From an uncultured delta proteobacterium (GTDB lineage Bacteria > Desulfobacterota > Binatia > Binatales > Binataceae), in assembly GCA_963711565.1 (NCBI GenBank), contig CAVQEQ010000004.1:1571293-1635292 (forward strand): a stretch of 64,000 bases of DNA, in the 5' to 3' direction. Every line of letters starts with the position of its first letter. Position 1 is the stretch's first letter. This document shows, in pieces, positions 61,712 to 64,000 of the stretch. The translations under genes and the position numbers were made by a program. The notes under the pieces are model-generated. The model did not search any database. It saw nothing but the letters and a program-made list of their open reading frames with translations, and had not been told where the DNA came from.

Positions 61712-63685
61712 ATGTGGCGACAGATTCAATGCCTTGGCACGTCGATGCTATTCCTCTACCTCTTGCTGTGGCAAGCAGTTGTAGCAGTTGATGCCGATTT
61801 TAGTAGCCTCATTTCTCGGCTGGCATTGGACAATTCGCCTCTGCCAGCCCACATTCCAAAGGTTGTTCATTTTATCTATGTTATATTAAGACCGGTCGGC
61901 TGGGCTGAGTATGCGGCCGTTAAATCGGCTGCGGTCAATTTGCAGGCCAAAACCATCAACATTTGGGTTCCCTTGGAAGAGGGATTTCCGGGCGAGATAT
62001 GGCAGCACATCTTGGCCATTCCCGGAGTCGTGGTTCGGAGAATCGAATTTCCGAATACAGTATATGGACACAAAGTCGAATTGCCAGCGCACGTGTCCGA
62101 CTTGGTCAGGCTCCAGGTGTTGTATGCTGAGGGAGGTGAGTTGCTTATGTAGGTGGTGAATGATTCATTCCGGTTGAAGGTTACTGACGTCCGGCAAAGG
62201 TATCTACATGGACACCAACTTGATAGCCCTGCGATCTTCTGATCCAGTCATCTCTGGGGAGTCCACTCGTGAAACGGTCATTGGACATGAATGGGGTCCC
62301 TCATTCTGCAATGCGATGATCATGTCCAAGCCGCGCTCGCCGTTTATGAAACGATGGATGAAGACATATTGGACGTTTATGGAATTGCCTCTGCTGTGGA
62401 ACTTTCATTCAGGAATTGTGCCATATTTCCTGCAGCTGTGGGATAATTCTAATATATCCGTTTTAGACGCCCACGCATGGTTCTATCCCATGTGGGGAGA
62501 TGATTCCAGGGCTTATATACCATGTGGCTGGGCAAGAGTTGGTGGGACATTGAGGTCAATTATGGGGTCCATCTGTGGCATTGGGACGCGATGCCAGTCC
62601 CTCGTCTGTTTTCCAAGGACGTCGTTCGGGAGATCGATACCTCTTTTTTCTGCGCCATTAGAAAGCTGTTTGACGATTTCGGAGGGGATGGTTACATTTC
62701 GACGCCCGTGAAAGAGGACAGAAACTGTTTAGTGGTCTGGATGGAGACGTTAGTCCCGCATGCTCAGGGTTTACTTGCTTCATACGACTTTTCCGAGGAC
62801 AGCAGCGACGCCAAATGGGTCGACACTTCTGGGAATCATCTCCACGGCTGGGCTCCAAATGGTACAGCTATCATACATCAGCCCGATGAATCTGTTGAAA
62901 GACATTTTTCCGCAGGCTCGTATGCCGTTCTCCCAGTTCCAGCTGATTACGACGCCCGGGTGGGAACCATCCACATAGGGATCAGATTTGACGGACATGA
63001 ATGGGCTTCAAATGTACAGCTTGCGAAGCTACGAATCGAAGGCCACCGAGAATTGCTCATCAGTGTAGTGCGTGACGCGCAGCCTGAAGTCGTCAGGGTT
63101 CGCTTCCAATGGATCGCGCCTGGTTTGTTCCGAGGATGGAGGGAAGGCGTGGATTGGAATAGCGATAGGTATGTTCAATAAGTTTGCCCAGGCATCTAGG
63201 ATATTGGCCGCTGACTGCAACGGAAAAGTATCTTTCTTCCGAATGGCCCATCACATAATCTGACGGTGTCATTTGATCGGAGATCACAGGGAGTAGTTTA
63301 TGTGTTCATCAACAATACAATGTTATCCAGGCTCGATGTGAATGTTCTGTCTGAGCCTGTGATAGCGCTTGACGCCTGGATCAATGCCAGGGATGCGGCA
63401 AACTTGGATATGGGCTTTAGAGGTTACTTTCGGCATTTGATGTTATACTCAAATGTACTCTTCGACAGTATGGGGAATCAAAGTATGTTGAATTGTGCTA
63501 TTTTTGTCGATTGGATTTCTAACTGAATAGACAAAACCGTCATGTCGCTAGGTATGATTAACAAGGCCCTCCTCTACTGTGGGAACGCGATCGCGTTATT
63601 ACTTCTCTACCGACTTGGTGGTCGGCGCTGGAGATCCCTTTATTTCCGGCTACGGCACGTGCAAAGACTGGATATGAATCGATGA
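61712..63685 (+). CDS. fungal glycosyltransferase family 32-like protein with C-terminal ConA/LamG-like region and TM anchor; 3 introns, one indel near 62505
   Basis: Signal peptide, IPKVVHFIY, HVSDLVRLQVLYAEGG|IYMDTN. Introns 62136-62199 (GTGAGT..CTGAC..AAG), 63169-63228 (GTATGT..CTGAC..AAG) and 63483-63530 (GTATGT..CTAAC..TAG) all restore frame. Last exon encodes ALLYCGNAIALLLLY. Confidence 0.8.
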
Positions 63686-64000
63686 ACTACGATTTCTCCA
63701 GTGATCTGGGCTGATGGTCTTGCAAGCATATATAAACCAACCCCCAGGTCTCCATATTACGTTCATCGGACAAATGCATTACATATACAATTCATCCAAC
63801 TTTACTACCGCCATGCCACCCGCTTCATCTTATCATAGCCCCGCACTGGTTCAACATAGGCTAAGATCCCCAAAGCTTGATGCGCTCCAAAAGTACCTCT
63901 GCACGTGCACTACGGATATCAACAAGATACATGGAAGGCACACGCCCTTGATGCTTGCCGTGCAAGCGAGGGATCATAAGCCTATCGACGGCGGTCTTGA

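Overview
Two very different DNAs are joined in this window. Positions 1 to ~59,257 are GC-rich bacterial chromosome; the gene content is reminiscent of soil Ca. Binatia-type organisms, which is an inference only. This part carries: a GNAT/FeeM-like orphan plus fatty-acid desaturase next to MacB/FtsX-type permeases and an XRE regulator; a phosphonate catabolic locus (TIGR03364-like FAD oxidoreductase, phnX, phosphonate monoester hydrolase); nudC; cyclic beta-1,2-glucan synthase; assorted hydrolases and oxidoreductases; marC-gadB-adenylate cyclase; a Mesh1-like hydrolase; an unknown ferritin-like diiron protein; a 9,10-seco steroid degradation cluster (kshA, kshB, kstD, delta4-DH-like, hsaA, hsaD, hsaEGF) headed by a GH29 glycosidase; hicBA; tRNA-Ser(TGA); a 2.6-kb islet (TM orphan, HNH nuclease, HEPN/AbiU2-like protein) bounded by 70-bp direct repeats of the 3' end of an efflux outer-membrane gene; and a truncated RND pump. 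From ~59,258 to the end the DNA is fungal: a pogo/DDE_1 transposon with RIP-like stops and an intron-containing GT32 gene. The junction looks like an assembly chimera or concatenation. At least seven genes carry small-indel frameshifts, most likely long-read errors rather than true pseudogenes.
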